57,382 nucleotides of DNA from a virus (IMGVR_UViG_3300012200_000006:1-57382), one strand, 5' to 3'. Positions 8,399 through 17,503 are shown, counted from the first letter of the stretch. Numbers and translations: made by a program. The notes: a model not told the origin generated them from the sequence alone.

Positions 8399-8637
8399 AG
8401 CTCACGATGGAGGATTCAAAAGGGCGGCCTACTCTCACTATCGAGTCAGATGGTGAAGGTAGATACAAAATCGATGGACACGGTTTCACTTTGCCTCGTG
8501 CAGCCGAGGATGCAACCAAGTTGGAAACCGACGATGGTTTTCACGTCATCGGTTTGATTCACCTGATGTTCAGCGTGAATGATTCACGCGAATATCTCAC
8601 ACGCAGACTAAAGGAAGACCATGCCACTGGAAACTGA
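8395..8637 (+). CDS. Hypothetical protein
   Basis: GGGAGG SD; ATGA overlap. Confidence 0.65.
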   Translation: MKLTMEDSKGRPTLTIESDGEGRYKIDGHGFTLPRAAEDATKLETDDGFHVIGLIHLMFSVNDSREYLTRRLKEDHATGN

Positions 8638-8965
8638 AATCATCGGAGTCAAGGGAGAGATAATCCAGCTTACTTGGGATTTCGTCGCGCTCTCGATCAT
8701 GCTCACTGTGGGATTGAGGGAAGGTGATCCTGATTTCAAGGTAAAACTCCTAAGGAACGAGGAAGAAACCAGAATCGGAGATTTGCCTATGGATGAGTGG
8801 ATTGATTTCTCATGGCAACCAATCTACTATCTCAACACGAAAGCTCCACTGTGGAAGGTGGGTGAGCACAAAGTCCAGAACAACTACGAATTCAAGATCA
8901 ACGACGAGAGAACCATCATCCTCCGCAAAGGTTACAAGCTCCGAATGCGCCGAGTTTCAAAGTAG
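8621..8965 (+). CDS. Hypothetical protein
   Basis: AAAGGA SD. Confidence 0.65.
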   Translation: MPLETEIIGVKGEIIQLTWDFVALSIMLTVGLREGDPDFKVKLLRNEEETRIGDLPMDEWIDFSWQPIYYLNTKAPLWKVGEHKVQNNYEFKINDERTIILRKGYKLRMRRVSK

Positions 8966-9023
8966 GTCTTATGCAGCATATCTTCAAGTATGCTGCGTTG
9001 GATCTATCAAAGAAAGGAGAGGC

Positions 9024-9308
9024 ATGCCAAAGAAATACGTGATTATCGAGAACACTCCTGGGTATTTGCCAGAGAACGATGATCCACTGACATTCGATAG
9101 CTACGCCGAAGCTCTGAATCATCTTGTGGAATACAACAAAGAGCTTTCAGAGGAATTCGATCCAGATGGATTTCCGACATACGAAGTCTATCCGATCGTA
9201 AATGGATGGTTCAAGTACGGCTTCCTCGGCAGCATCGGAAATCCAGAGTCGCATGATCTAGGACGTTATGTGACAATCGAGGAGGTAGAAGAAGATGGCA
9301 CCGTATAA
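9024..9308 (+). CDS. Hypothetical phage protein (ENTPGYLPE motif)
   Basis: AAAGGAG SD before ATG 9024. Confidence 0.7.
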   Translation: MPKKYVIIENTPGYLPENDDPLTFDSYAEALNHLVEYNKELSEEFDPDGFPTYEVYPIVNGWFKYGFLGSIGNPESHDLGRYVTIEEVEEDGTV

Positions 9309-9669
9309 CCCTCGTGATCTAACGATCAGTATTAGAGCTACTAGTAAATCCCATCTCGTTTACAACGGAGGGCCAGAAGGAGCAGTTTTCCCAGGATGGT
9401 TCATTTCCGTTCACGAGAACGAAGGTTACGACCGCATTGTCGAAGCTCAGATTTCTATCGATCAGCTTGTAGTCATCACCACGAAGATCGATGAACAAGT
9501 CGATGGATGGCCAGTTGAACATGGTATGAAAGCTTCCAATTGGCGCGTCACAAACGCTGCCAAGGCTTGTGATCGTGCGATGAGAGATGAGCTTCGTCGG
9601 CAATTAAAGCAGGCAGAAGATATTTCTGCTCGAATCCCTGTCCTCAAAAAGATGTTGGGAGAAGAATGA
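9295..9669 (+). CDS. Hypothetical protein
   Basis: GGAGG SD. Confidence 0.7.
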   Translation: MAPYNPRDLTISIRATSKSHLVYNGGPEGAVFPGWFISVHENEGYDRIVEAQISIDQLVVITTKIDEQVDGWPVEHGMKASNWRVTNAAKACDRAMRDELRRQLKQAEDISARIPVLKKMLGEE

Positions 9670-9670
9670 A

Positions 9671-10141
9671 ATGGTATTCGTCGTGACGCGCCAGAAGAAT
9701 TTTTACGATAGTGGTGCCCATTCCGTAGAGATTGCATATGGAGTGGATAACGTCTCGCCAGGGGCAATGTCCAACTTCTTCATCGAAGATTTCGCAGAAG
9801 AGGACGATCCGCGCGAGATTGCAGAAATAGCAATCATACTGCGAAAGCACTGGGCACGTATTCTCGGTATTCGTTGGTTCTCGAATTGGGCTGAGGGAAT
9901 TCATCCACTACCATTCACAATCTCGGGTGCATCATCAATAGGATTATATCCGACGGTGAATGACGGTCTGACAGCAGCAGGACTTCGCAGATGGGCAAAG
10001 GAGATGTACGAGAAAATGCCGAAGTGCGAACACTGTGGTACTCCGACTGAAGACGAGTATCAAGACGAATTCGGCGAGAAGTACCCATGCTGTAGCGAAT
10101 ACTGTGCCGAAAAGCTATTCATCGACCCAACGGAGGTTTGA
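9671..10141 (+). CDS. Hypothetical protein with C-terminal Zn ribbon
   Basis: CEHCG...CCSEYCAE. Confidence 0.7.
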   Translation: MVFVVTRQKNFYDSGAHSVEIAYGVDNVSPGAMSNFFIEDFAEEDDPREIAEIAIILRKHWARILGIRWFSNWAEGIHPLPFTISGASSIGLYPTVNDGLTAAGLRRWAKEMYEKMPKCEHCGTPTEDEYQDEFGEKYPCCSEYCAEKLFIDPTEV

Positions 10142-10295
10142 TGGAAAATTACAAAGCATCCGATTATCTAAGACGTGCGGCGCAGATGCTTGATTGTGCA
10201 GTTCAGCTAACGGGCGATGAAACAACCGACGAGATTGACAAGATGGAATCTCGCTGCGACGAACTGGCTAATCTTCAGGAAAAGAAAGGCAACTG

Positions 10296-10637
10296 ATGAT
10301 AAAGGTCTGTAGAGGTTGCGGGCAACTCAAGGGTATCCCGCATTATGACGGAGAGCTTTGGAGGCTTTACCATCTTCTCGATGACGGTGGTAGGAAATTC
10401 ATCGAACCTCTCGTTTATACCGGCGAGGAATTCGAGGATTCCTGGGACGACGAACACGAAACCAACTTCGCCATGGTAGCCATGGAAAAGAACATGATCG
10501 AACGTGGACTCTGTGGAGAGTGTGGTCGCCCCAATCTCGTCGGAAAGACCGAAGAAGATTTCCTCTCAGAAGAGGATGCCAGAGAACTTGCCGATATGTA
10601 CGCAGAGATGGAAGCTGAAAGGAGAATGGGTGCCTGA
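10296..10637 (+). CDS. Hypothetical acidic Zn-binding protein
   Basis: CRGCG...CGECG. Confidence 0.7.
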   Translation: MIKVCRGCGQLKGIPHYDGELWRLYHLLDDGGRKFIEPLVYTGEEFEDSWDDEHETNFAMVAMEKNMIERGLCGECGRPNLVGKTEEDFLSEEDARELADMYAEMEAERRMGA

Positions 10638-10827
10638 CCCAAAGAAGATCGTAAGAATCGAGATTGATGAGACAAATGATGTCACGTTCATCTTCGATGA
10701 TTCCAAAGAGCATTTCTCAGCAGGTGAGTTTGCGCCTGGTTCCTTCATAGGGGATCATCTTGAGATGATCGAGTACGAGATTCAGGATTACAACTCCGAA
10801 GTAGATTTGTGGAGGAGAGATGACTAA
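10630..10827 (+). CDS. Hypothetical protein
   Basis: AAAGGAG SD; GTG start. Confidence 0.55.
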   Translation: MPDPKKIVRIEIDETNDVTFIFDDSKEHFSAGEFAPGSFIGDHLEMIEYEIQDYNSEVDLWRRDD

Positions 10828-11071
10828 AGAACCATGGAACGGTGATCTTTCACTCTTGAGAGAAGATCACATTACTGCAATGATTATCGACTTTGAGGAG
10901 AGAACAGTCGAGGTATATGCCGATAATCAATTTCGAGATCAAACAGGAGGACATTACGAATTGGTTGAGAAGCCTCTTCCGTTTGCCAACGTTTCACCGT
11001 TCGGACAGATTGCCCGAGGTCTACGTCGGATGATGAGCAATCATCTCAACGAAGATGCTCGTAGAAACTGA
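10820..11071 (+). CDS. Hypothetical protein
   Basis: GGAGG SD. Confidence 0.65.
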   Translation: MTKEPWNGDLSLLREDHITAMIIDFEERTVEVYADNQFRDQTGGHYELVEKPLPFANVSPFGQIARGLRRMMSNHLNEDARRN

Positions 11072-11312
11072 CAAGCTAGTAGACACAGGAACAATCGCTG
11101 AGATGTTGGAAGTTCAACCATCGGCGGTTAGTAACTGGAAGAGTCGAAACATCGGGTTTCCAGAACCACACGTTCGTATTTGCCATACCGACTATTGGCT
11201 TGAAGATGATGTTTGGGGATGGCATTACAACCGAGTCATCAGCAATGACAATCGTAAGCGGCAGCGTATCCAAAAGTTACGCGAAGAACTAGAGAGGCTG
11301 GAATCGAGTTAA
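11055..11312 (+). CDS. AlpA/Xis/MerR-like HTH DNA-binding protein
   Basis: LVDTGTIAEMLEVQPSAVSNWKSR..GFPEP......W..DDV..W. Confidence 0.7.
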   Translation: MLVETDKLVDTGTIAEMLEVQPSAVSNWKSRNIGFPEPHVRICHTDYWLEDDVWGWHYNRVISNDNRKRQRIQKLREELERLESS

Positions 11313-11318
11313 TTCCAC

Positions 11319-11347
11319 TTGACAAACGGCGCTGCTTGTGATAAGGT
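11319..11347 (+). promoter_or_regulatory. sigma70-type promoter
   Basis: TTGACA-17-TAAGGT with extended TG. Confidence 0.75.
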
Positions 11348-11380
11348 AAGTAGTCCGTTCAACACTACGGGAGGTTTTGA

Positions 11381-11596
11381 GTGATTGAATTGAGTCGGGC
11401 ACAGACCTTAGGTTTGGAGAGACTCTTCAAGAAAGTTGATGTTGAGCTTCTAGGTTTTGACCAGGGCCAGCATCCGGGAGATGTTCACGTCAGACTTGTG
11501 CGAAAGACGGGGCAAGTCATCGATTTCGTGCTAATGGCAAATGGCAGAGTGAGGAAGAATGAAGTTGACGTCATTCAGCGTAGCAGTTTTGCTTGA
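11381..11596 (+). CDS. Hypothetical protein
   Basis: GGGAGG SD; first gene after the promoter. Confidence 0.65.
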   Translation: MIELSRAQTLGLERLFKKVDVELLGFDQGQHPGDVHVRLVRKTGQVIDFVLMANGRVRKNEVDVIQRSSFA

Positions 11597-11855
11597 TGAA
11601 ATCACGGCAATGGAACATGCCGGCGAAATCATCAAGGAACCAGCGAAGGAATGGCTGCGTCACCAGGAACAACGGAAGAAGTACGGATGGATCGATGCAG
11701 ACTACACAGCTTTGGTAAGAATGAAGCTGGAAAAGGGAATTGAGGAATATCGCCAAGCTCTTGCCAGAGTGTACGATACGATGGGTGATCGGGGTCTAGC
11801 ACAGTTCGATCCCTTACCAGATTCTGCGGGGAATGGAGAGGCAGTAAATGTCTGA
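11559..11855 (+). CDS. Hypothetical protein
   Basis: GAGGA SD. Confidence 0.6.
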   Translation: MKLTSFSVAVLLDEITAMEHAGEIIKEPAKEWLRHQEQRKKYGWIDADYTALVRMKLEKGIEEYRQALARVYDTMGDRGLAQFDPLPDSAGNGEAVNV

Positions 11856-12129
11856 CGAGCTAAGTCTAGACGAAATCGAAGCCATCGAGAACGAAAAGCC
11901 TAAGTACCCTACGAAGCACAGGGAAGTGGAGGATTCCAAGTGGCCTAACACTTATCGCGAAGAGTTCCAGATAGCTATTCTAGAGGGGAGAGATGAAATC
12001 GAAATCAACGGAAGGAAATTCAGGATCATCTATCGTTCCCACAGATCAAACTACCTGATCAAGCCGGTCGAAGGTTTCGTACCACTAGCGGAGGTTTCTC
12101 AGCAATGGCTGGAAATGAACTCTCTCTAG
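11848..12129 (+). CDS. Hypothetical protein with N-terminal DELSLDEIEAI tag
   Basis: GGAGAGG SD; shared motif. Confidence 0.75.
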   Translation: MSDELSLDEIEAIENEKPKYPTKHREVEDSKWPNTYREEFQIAILEGRDEIEINGRKFRIIYRSHRSNYLIKPVEGFVPLAEVSQQWLEMNSL

Positions 12130-12398
12130 ATGAAATCGAAGCGATCGAGGCACAACCCGATCCTGAGCCAAGACGGAGAGTTTCTAACAAAGCCTCAGCA
12201 CTACCGAGGGACATCATGGGATGGCTCAAGGCAGAACACAGGATCTTCGATGAAGAGACAGAAGGTGGAAGATTGGTCTGTACTGTCCCGAACCATGATG
12301 AATCACAACGTGACCGATCAAAGGGAGTCGTAGTAAAGATCGGTGAGAATTGGGTTTGCCGAATGTGCTTCCTCAATCGAAGAGACATCGATGGTTGA
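12105..12398 (+). CDS. Small Zn-binding protein with N-terminal NELSLDEIEAI tag
   Basis: GGAGG SD; CxxxxH...CxxC. Confidence 0.75.
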   Translation: MAGNELSLDEIEAIEAQPDPEPRRRVSNKASALPRDIMGWLKAEHRIFDEETEGGRLVCTVPNHDESQRDRSKGVVVKIGENWVCRMCFLNRRDIDG

Positions 12399-12861
12399 TG
12401 CTGTATTCCATCATCTGTCTAACCTCTACAAGCAGCTAGAGGAAGGCTCGTCTATCGAGGATATGGACGGTGTGAACCTGAGGGTCTTTCGCGGATCATT
12501 CGTTCGTGCATATCGAACGTGCGCGATTGCTCAGTCGTACTACACCGATGTCCGTAAGTCCCTGATTAGTATGGGCTGCATCACAATGCTTCGGCAGGGA
12601 GCGCGTAACAAGCCGAGTGTCATCATCCTTCATAAGCCGCCAGAGTTGGGCGACTACGAAGTGGTGAAACATTCGGACTTGACACCGCGGCTTGACCCTG
12701 CTATTCTTGCTCAACGAGTCGATGACTTGGCCAGACAGATAGGAGGTTTCAATATACTAGAGGGTTTTAAGGATCATGAAGAAAGGCTCCGGGAGATGGA
12801 GTTGAGGATCGAAAAGATTTCGCAGGGCACTACCACACCTAAACGCAAGATCAACACCTAA
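12391..12861 (+). CDS. Hypothetical, possibly winged-helix protein with C-terminal coiled coil
   Basis: YYTDVRKSLISMGCITMLRQG...SVIILHKPP. Confidence 0.65.
   Translation: MVDAVFHHLSNLYKQLEEGSSIEDMDGVNLRVFRGSFVRAYRTCAIAQSYYTDVRKSLISMGCITMLRQGARNKPSVIILHKPPELGDYEVVKHSDLTPRLDPAILAQRVDDLARQIGGFNILEGFKDHEERLREMELRIEKISQGTTTPKRKINT
12679..12707 (+). promoter_or_regulatory. Internal sigma70-type promoter upstream of the 12878 gene
   Basis: TTGACA-17-TATTCT with extended TG. Confidence 0.6.
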
Positions 12862-12877
12862 CGAAAGGAACACAGAA

Positions 12878-13318
12878 ATGTCTAGCACGATTCAGGAACT
12901 GATGGCATCTGATGAGCTTGACCTCGATCAGATCGATGCAGTAACCGCAGGTGGTTCGGAGAAGGGTCTGTACGAGTCCAAGGCAGTCGAGTTCTTGGAG
13001 TCGGGTAAGCTCGGTATCCCGTATGCGTTCTCGGGTAAGCTCGGTAACTCGGTCAAGACGGGTTTCGAGACGGCTTTCGCGAAGATCGCGAAGAATGAGG
13101 CCGACGACAAGACCGGCGCGAAGAACTACAGCGACGAACTGGCCGATATGGCCAAGAGTGTCGAGATCAAGGTTCGCAAGCTCGAAGGAACCTGGACGGA
13201 TGACAAGGGCAAGACTCGCGATAACGAGGGAGTCTTCCTGATCAACCAGGCTCTCGTTCGCGAGGCCAAGCGGCAGCGTGAGGCTGCTGGTAAGGCAACC
13301 GCAGAAGCCGCTGCGTAG
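12878..13318 (+). CDS. Probably abundant hypothetical protein with DELDLDQIDAV tag
   Basis: GAAAGGA SD; strong codon bias; own promoter and terminator. Confidence 0.85.
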   Translation: MSSTIQELMASDELDLDQIDAVTAGGSEKGLYESKAVEFLESGKLGIPYAFSGKLGNSVKTGFETAFAKIAKNEADDKTGAKNYSDELADMAKSVEIKVRKLEGTWTDDKGKTRDNEGVFLINQALVREAKRQREAAGKATAEAAA

Positions 13319-13335
13319 TTCCGAATCCATGGTGA

Positions 13336-13374
13336 AAATGGAAGAAGCCCCTGAAAATGGGGCTTCTTCCATTT
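13336..13374 (+). terminator. Intrinsic terminator
   Basis: AAATGGAAGAAGCCCC-TGAAAAT-GGGGCTTCTTCCATTT. Confidence 0.8.
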
Positions 13375-13389
13375 CTAAGGAGAAACTAA

Positions 13390-13665
13390 GTGATGGCTAA
13401 TTCAGCTAAAAGAAGAAAAGCCAAGCATATGGCCTTGAGAGAAGCATCAAAGGTACTCCGTACCCTCAACTCAGGGCATGACGGGATTGAGTTCTCGATT
13501 TTAAGCAATCCCTATATCTCCGAAGATGAGAAACCTCTATTCAGAGAGGAAATGGATCTAATAGCTTGGAGACTTGAGCAAAGAGCCGATGACCAATTCC
13601 AAAGGAATCAGGAGATTTATCGTGCCAATAGTCCTTGTAGGTCTAGAGGAACATCAAGTAGATGA
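13390..13665 (+). CDS. Hypothetical protein
   Basis: AAGGAG SD. Confidence 0.55.
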   Translation: MMANSAKRRKAKHMALREASKVLRTLNSGHDGIEFSILSNPYISEDEKPLFREEMDLIAWRLEQRADDQFQRNQEIYRANSPCRSRGTSSR

Positions 13666-13831
13666 TTCGCTCTATTCATGGTTCCTCGCAGAAGTCGTTC
13701 TCGAAGAACGGAGCATCGAAGATGTACTCACCAACGTCAGCAATCCCGACGATCAAGTCAAGCTAAATAACTACATCATCTACCGACTTCTGGAAGTAGA
13801 TCCGGGATACCTCCATCCGTCAGGACACTAG
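13574..13831 (+). CDS. Hypothetical protein (start uncertain)
   Basis: Fills the operon; protein-like composition. Confidence 0.5.
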   Translation: MSKEPMTNSKGIRRFIVPIVLVGLEEHQVDDSLYSWFLAEVVLEERSIEDVLTNVSNPDDQVKLNNYIIYRLLEVDPGYLHPSGH

Positions 13832-14020
13832 TGGGAATAATTCTCGTGATCAGAGTCGATATGAATGATGAGTCAGACTTGGATTGGATTCGCGGAAAAT
13901 GTGTCGCTGCTGTGGTGAATACAGTAGCCGAAGCCCAAGAAGAGAATAGACTTGACTCAACTTCGGTCGAAGTCTTGTGGGATACTGAGGAATCCGAGGA
14001 AACGTGAAGTAAATCTAGGC

Positions 14021-14049
14021 TTGACACAGTGACCTAGATTTGCTACAGT
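14021..14049 (+). promoter_or_regulatory. sigma70-type promoter flanked by a 9-bp inverted repeat (operator-like)
   Basis: TTGACA-17-TACAGT; AAATCTAGG(14011-14019)/CCTAGATTT(14033-14041). Confidence 0.75.
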
Positions 14050-14054
14050 GACCT

Positions 14055-14257
14055 CCGCTCTACTCCCGTAGAAGCTGGCTGAGAGTCGGGGAGTTTCCGC
14101 AAGGACTCCCCGACTTCGGCTATTTAAGGGATAAAGTCTCACGATCCGGTGGTTGGATTTCCACGCGGTGTCGGGCCACCGGATCATCAGGCTTTCGCCC
14201 AAGAGTGAGAGCTTCTCCGGTTTTTAGGAGGATTTGTAAGCTAAACGGGAGGTAGGC
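14055..14257 (+). ncRNA. Structured 5' leader of the Rpf gene
   Basis: Consecutive 8-12 bp hairpins, one capped by a GCAA tetraloop. Confidence 0.45.
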
Positions 14258-14785
14258 ATTCTTTCTAAGCTATCACTAACGGTTGTCGCCGTTTTTCTAG
14301 CAACCGTACATATAGCCCAAGCAAAGAATATGGTGATCCCGAAGAAGGCTCACCTAACGCTACATCAGAAGATATGGTGGCAGAAGCGAATCATACGACA
14401 CGATAAATGGGTAGTCCATACGGCTAAAGTCCATAAGGCAAAGGTCGTAAAGTTCCATCGCGCGCAACTTCACTGGACAAAGCGCGAACTCCAAGAGTCG
14501 ATGATTGCGCTAGCATCGAAGTACGTTTCATTGGCGGGAATCTGCGCGTCATGTTGGGAACGAGTTGCAACCTGTGAGAGTAGCCTTGGAACAGGGCACC
14601 CAATCTGGGACATTGACTCAGGAAACGGATTTTACGGCGGGTTGCAGTTTACCATCGATACATGGATTGGTGCAGGCGGCACAAGATTCGCGAGTCGCGC
14701 TGACTATGCCACTAGGGAGCAGCAGATTTACGTTGCATCCGGTCTTCCTCTTAGCAACTGGCCAGTTTGCGGCGCATCCTACTAG
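14258..14785 (+). CDS. rpf: Secreted resuscitation-promoting factor (Rpf) transglycosylase; probable ATT start at 14258
   Basis: WERVATCESS...GNGFYGGLQFT..TW..AGG..FA.RAD.ATREQQI.VA...WPVCG; in-frame signal peptide upstream of ATG 14330. Confidence 0.85.
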   Translation: MLSKLSLTVVAVFLATVHIAQAKNMVIPKKAHLTLHQKIWWQKRIIRHDKWVVHTAKVHKAKVVKFHRAQLHWTKRELQESMIALASKYVSLAGICASCWERVATCESSLGTGHPIWDIDSGNGFYGGLQFTIDTWIGAGGTRFASRADYATREQQIYVASGLPLSNWPVCGASY

Positions 14786-14807
14786 AGACTGGGGTAGCCC
14801 CAGATAG

Positions 14808-15206
14808 ATGGAAGTATGTCCGCAATGTGGCGATTTTGTCTTAGAACTTCTACGGGATACGGGGTGGTGTCGTGACTGTTCGCCCAAGCGATGCGAACGT
14901 TGTGGCAAAGAAGTTAAGCTCGACCAAAAATCCCGGCGCTTGTGTTCATGGTGTCGAAGGATTGAATGGTTTGAGCGCAACTTCGATCTTATAGAAGAGT
15001 TTCTCGTCGTCGGATTCTCGATGTCCGAAGCGATTTGTCTCGTCAAAGATTTGAAGTTGCCAAGATGTCTCGTCTGTGGTGACGTGATCAATCGAGGACA
15101 CTTCTGCCACAAAGAAGGATGTCGAAAGGCTTACCACAGATACAAGTGGAATCGCTGGAGTAAGAACATGACCGAAGAAAAAGCTCTACGGGAGGCAATA
15201 AAGTGA
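14808..15206 (+). CDS. Multi-Zn-finger protein
   Basis: Five CxxC pairs plus CxxxxC. Confidence 0.65.
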   Translation: MEVCPQCGDFVLELLRDTGWCRDCSPKRCERCGKEVKLDQKSRRLCSWCRRIEWFERNFDLIEEFLVVGFSMSEAICLVKDLKLPRCLVCGDVINRGHFCHKEGCRKAYHRYKWNRWSKNMTEEKALREAIK

Positions 15207-15397
15207 TCGAATGGATTACGCTTGATCTAAGACAACGTCGTCTCTACGTCTATGACGAGAGACACACAATCATCCCACTAAGACCAGAACTTCAAGGGTT
15301 AGAACGTCTCTGGACACCAATTCCAGAAGGTGATGAAAAATCTTTGCGTGTCTTAGTAGAGAAACTGATTACAAGAACAAAGGAACAAACTCCATGA
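15203..15397 (+). CDS. Hypothetical protein
   Basis: GGGAGG SD; GTGA and ATGA coupling. Confidence 0.6.
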   Translation: MIEWITLDLRQRRLYVYDERHTIIPLRPELQGLERLWTPIPEGDEKSLRVLVEKLITRTKEQTP

Positions 15398-16950
15398 CAC
15401 AGACAAAAACGATAGAGCCGGCTGAGTTTCAGATCGAAGATATGGCCCATCTCGCCGAACGCGATTGGTCAGCAAACTGGTCTGAAATGGGATGCTTTAA
15501 AACATCAACTGTCCTATGGTTGATCCCAAAGTGGGCTAGAAAACTGGAAAAAGAATGCCCACAGGTCTTGATCATTACGACAAGATCGGGGAAGGGTACG
15601 TTCTGGAAGCATGGGCCGATCCAGCTTCCAGAGTACGAGCTATTCAACCTGAATGGCGGCAAGGTCAAGATGGTCATGGAAGGATTCGAGTTCGATATCG
15701 GAGGAATCCCAGATGACTACACACAACCGCGCATCTTCGTAGCTCACTACAACATCTTCACAAAGCGTAAAAAGAAGAAGAAAAAGCCAGAGGATGAAAC
15801 GCAGCAACCGAAAACTTCCGAGGAAATTCTCGAGGAAATCCTAGATGAAGCTGCATCAGAGGCAAAGAAGGAAACGAAGATCGATGTTCTAGAACAGATC
15901 CATCAGCATAAGTGGGACATCATCATCCTCGACGAAGCCCACAGGATCAAGGGTCGTCGGACAGGATGGACTAGGGAAATCAAGAGACTCAAAGCTCCAA
16001 TCAAGCATGTGATGACAGGAACAGGATTCATCAACAACCCCGCCGAGGTACATAGTCTCCTGAACTTCCTCGACAAGCATGAGTTCGCGAGCTACTGGCG
16101 ATTTCGGGAGGAATACTGCCTAGAAGATTCGGTCAATGGATTCCGGAAGATAGTCGGTATTCAGCCCGACAAGATTCAAGAGTTCCGCGACCTAATGCGA
16201 AGTATTGGCCCGCGTCGCACGAAGCAGGAGGTATTCAAGAATCTTCCTGATCCGATCTTTAGCCCATACGAAGTCGAATTGAACCCAATCCAGAGAAGGA
16301 TCTACGATGACCTCAGAGACTACCTCCAAGCCCTCGACGATGCTGGAGAAGAGATCTATTCGCCTAACGTTCTCTCAGCATTGCAACGTCTCCGGCAGAT
16401 CTCAGTCGCAACTCCCAAAGTTGTTAGAGATTACTTTGATCCTGTCACACAAAGACGGGTACAAGAGTTGGAGTTTGTTGAGCCTTCGTCAAAGTTGGAT
16501 GCGCTCATGGACATATTGGATGGACTCGAATGGGACGAGGAGCGTCGGGATCAAGTTGTTGTATTTTCCAACTTCAAAGCCCCGATTGAGCTTGCTAAGG
16601 TTCGGTTCGAGAAAGCAGGAATCTCCTTCCTCGAAATGAGGCAAGCAGATAGTGACCGAACAAGGTACCAGAAGTGGGCTATTGACTTCCCGAAGAAGGA
16701 ACATCAGGTATTCATCTGTACGCTACAGCTAGGTTCAGAGAGTATCTCGCTCACTACAGCGACAACGTGCGTGTTCCTCGATCGTTCATGGAGTCCGAAG
16801 GACAATGATCAGGGAGTCAGCAGAGTATGGCGTCCTGGTCAGGAGTCAGTAGCCAACATCATCCACATCAATGCAAAGGACACCGTAGATGCCAGAGTCC
16901 TCGCCACCAACACCCGAAAGCAAGGTTGGTTTAAGCAGATCTTCGGATAG
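15394..16950 (+). CDS. SNF2/SF2 helicase
   Basis: EMGCFKT (motif I variant), LDEAHRIK, MTGTG, QVVVFS, QGVSRVWRPGQ. Confidence 0.9.
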   Translation: MTQTKTIEPAEFQIEDMAHLAERDWSANWSEMGCFKTSTVLWLIPKWARKLEKECPQVLIITTRSGKGTFWKHGPIQLPEYELFNLNGGKVKMVMEGFEFDIGGIPDDYTQPRIFVAHYNIFTKRKKKKKKPEDETQQPKTSEEILEEILDEAASEAKKETKIDVLEQIHQHKWDIIILDEAHRIKGRRTGWTREIKRLKAPIKHVMTGTGFINNPAEVHSLLNFLDKHEFASYWRFREEYCLEDSVNGFRKIVGIQPDKIQEFRDLMRSIGPRRTKQEVFKNLPDPIFSPYEVELNPIQRRIYDDLRDYLQALDDAGEEIYSPNVLSALQRLRQISVATPKVVRDYFDPVTQRRVQELEFVEPSSKLDALMDILDGLEWDEERRDQVVVFSNFKAPIELAKVRFEKAGISFLEMRQADSDRTRYQKWAIDFPKKEHQVFICTLQLGSESISLTTATTCVFLDRSWSPKDNDQGVSRVWRPGQESVANIIHINAKDTVDARVLATNTRKQGWFKQIFG

Positions 16951-17142
16951 AATGCAAGAAGGTTCTATATGCACTTGTGCATCAGAAGGAGAACATGCGG
17001 AGATGCTTCTAAGGATCAACGCATCATTCCTGCTTGACTACGACCGACACTCAGACCGCAACAAATCAAAGCCAACCTCCGAGACATTGCGGAAGCGAGC
17101 AAACGTAGTGAAATTCGTAACGAAACGAACAAGAACTCCAGG

Positions 17143-17352
17143 ATGATGAATTTCGATACTATAAAACCTCTTCTCGTTGCATTTGCAATGGATATCCAAG
17201 GCTGCGGCAAACCCGAAGCAGAATCTCTAGTACACGAATTTTGGTATGAAGGTGAGCCTTGCAGATACACCGGCGTCCACGAATGGACAGAAGAAAGCAG
17301 ACCGAACTGTAGATGGTGTGGTGTCCCTCTAATTTCTGACTACGGGGGATAA
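17143..17352 (+). CDS. Hypothetical protein
   Basis: ATGA overlap; CRWCG. Confidence 0.5.
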   Translation: MMNFDTIKPLLVAFAMDIQGCGKPEAESLVHEFWYEGEPCRYTGVHEWTEESRPNCRWCGVPLISDYGG

Positions 17353-17503
17353 TGCAGCGAAGATTCGATGATCCGTGGGAACGACTACAACTGTTTCCGG
17401 TTCGTGCTTGTCCCTGTTGTGGGAAACTCGTCTACGATACAGGCGGCATTTTCTGTTGTCGCGTGCACGAAAAGATTTACTTCGGGCAGATAAGGAAAGA
17501 TCG

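Noticed and set aside
11055-11312. Excisionase implying a temperate integration module
   Set aside because: No tyrosine or serine integrase and no ParA were recognised in this apparently complete genome.
14055-14257. ydaO/c-di-AMP riboswitch
   Set aside because: Expected GCUGAAUCC, GGGGUGAAUC and CCCGUCAGCUAAC elements are not present.
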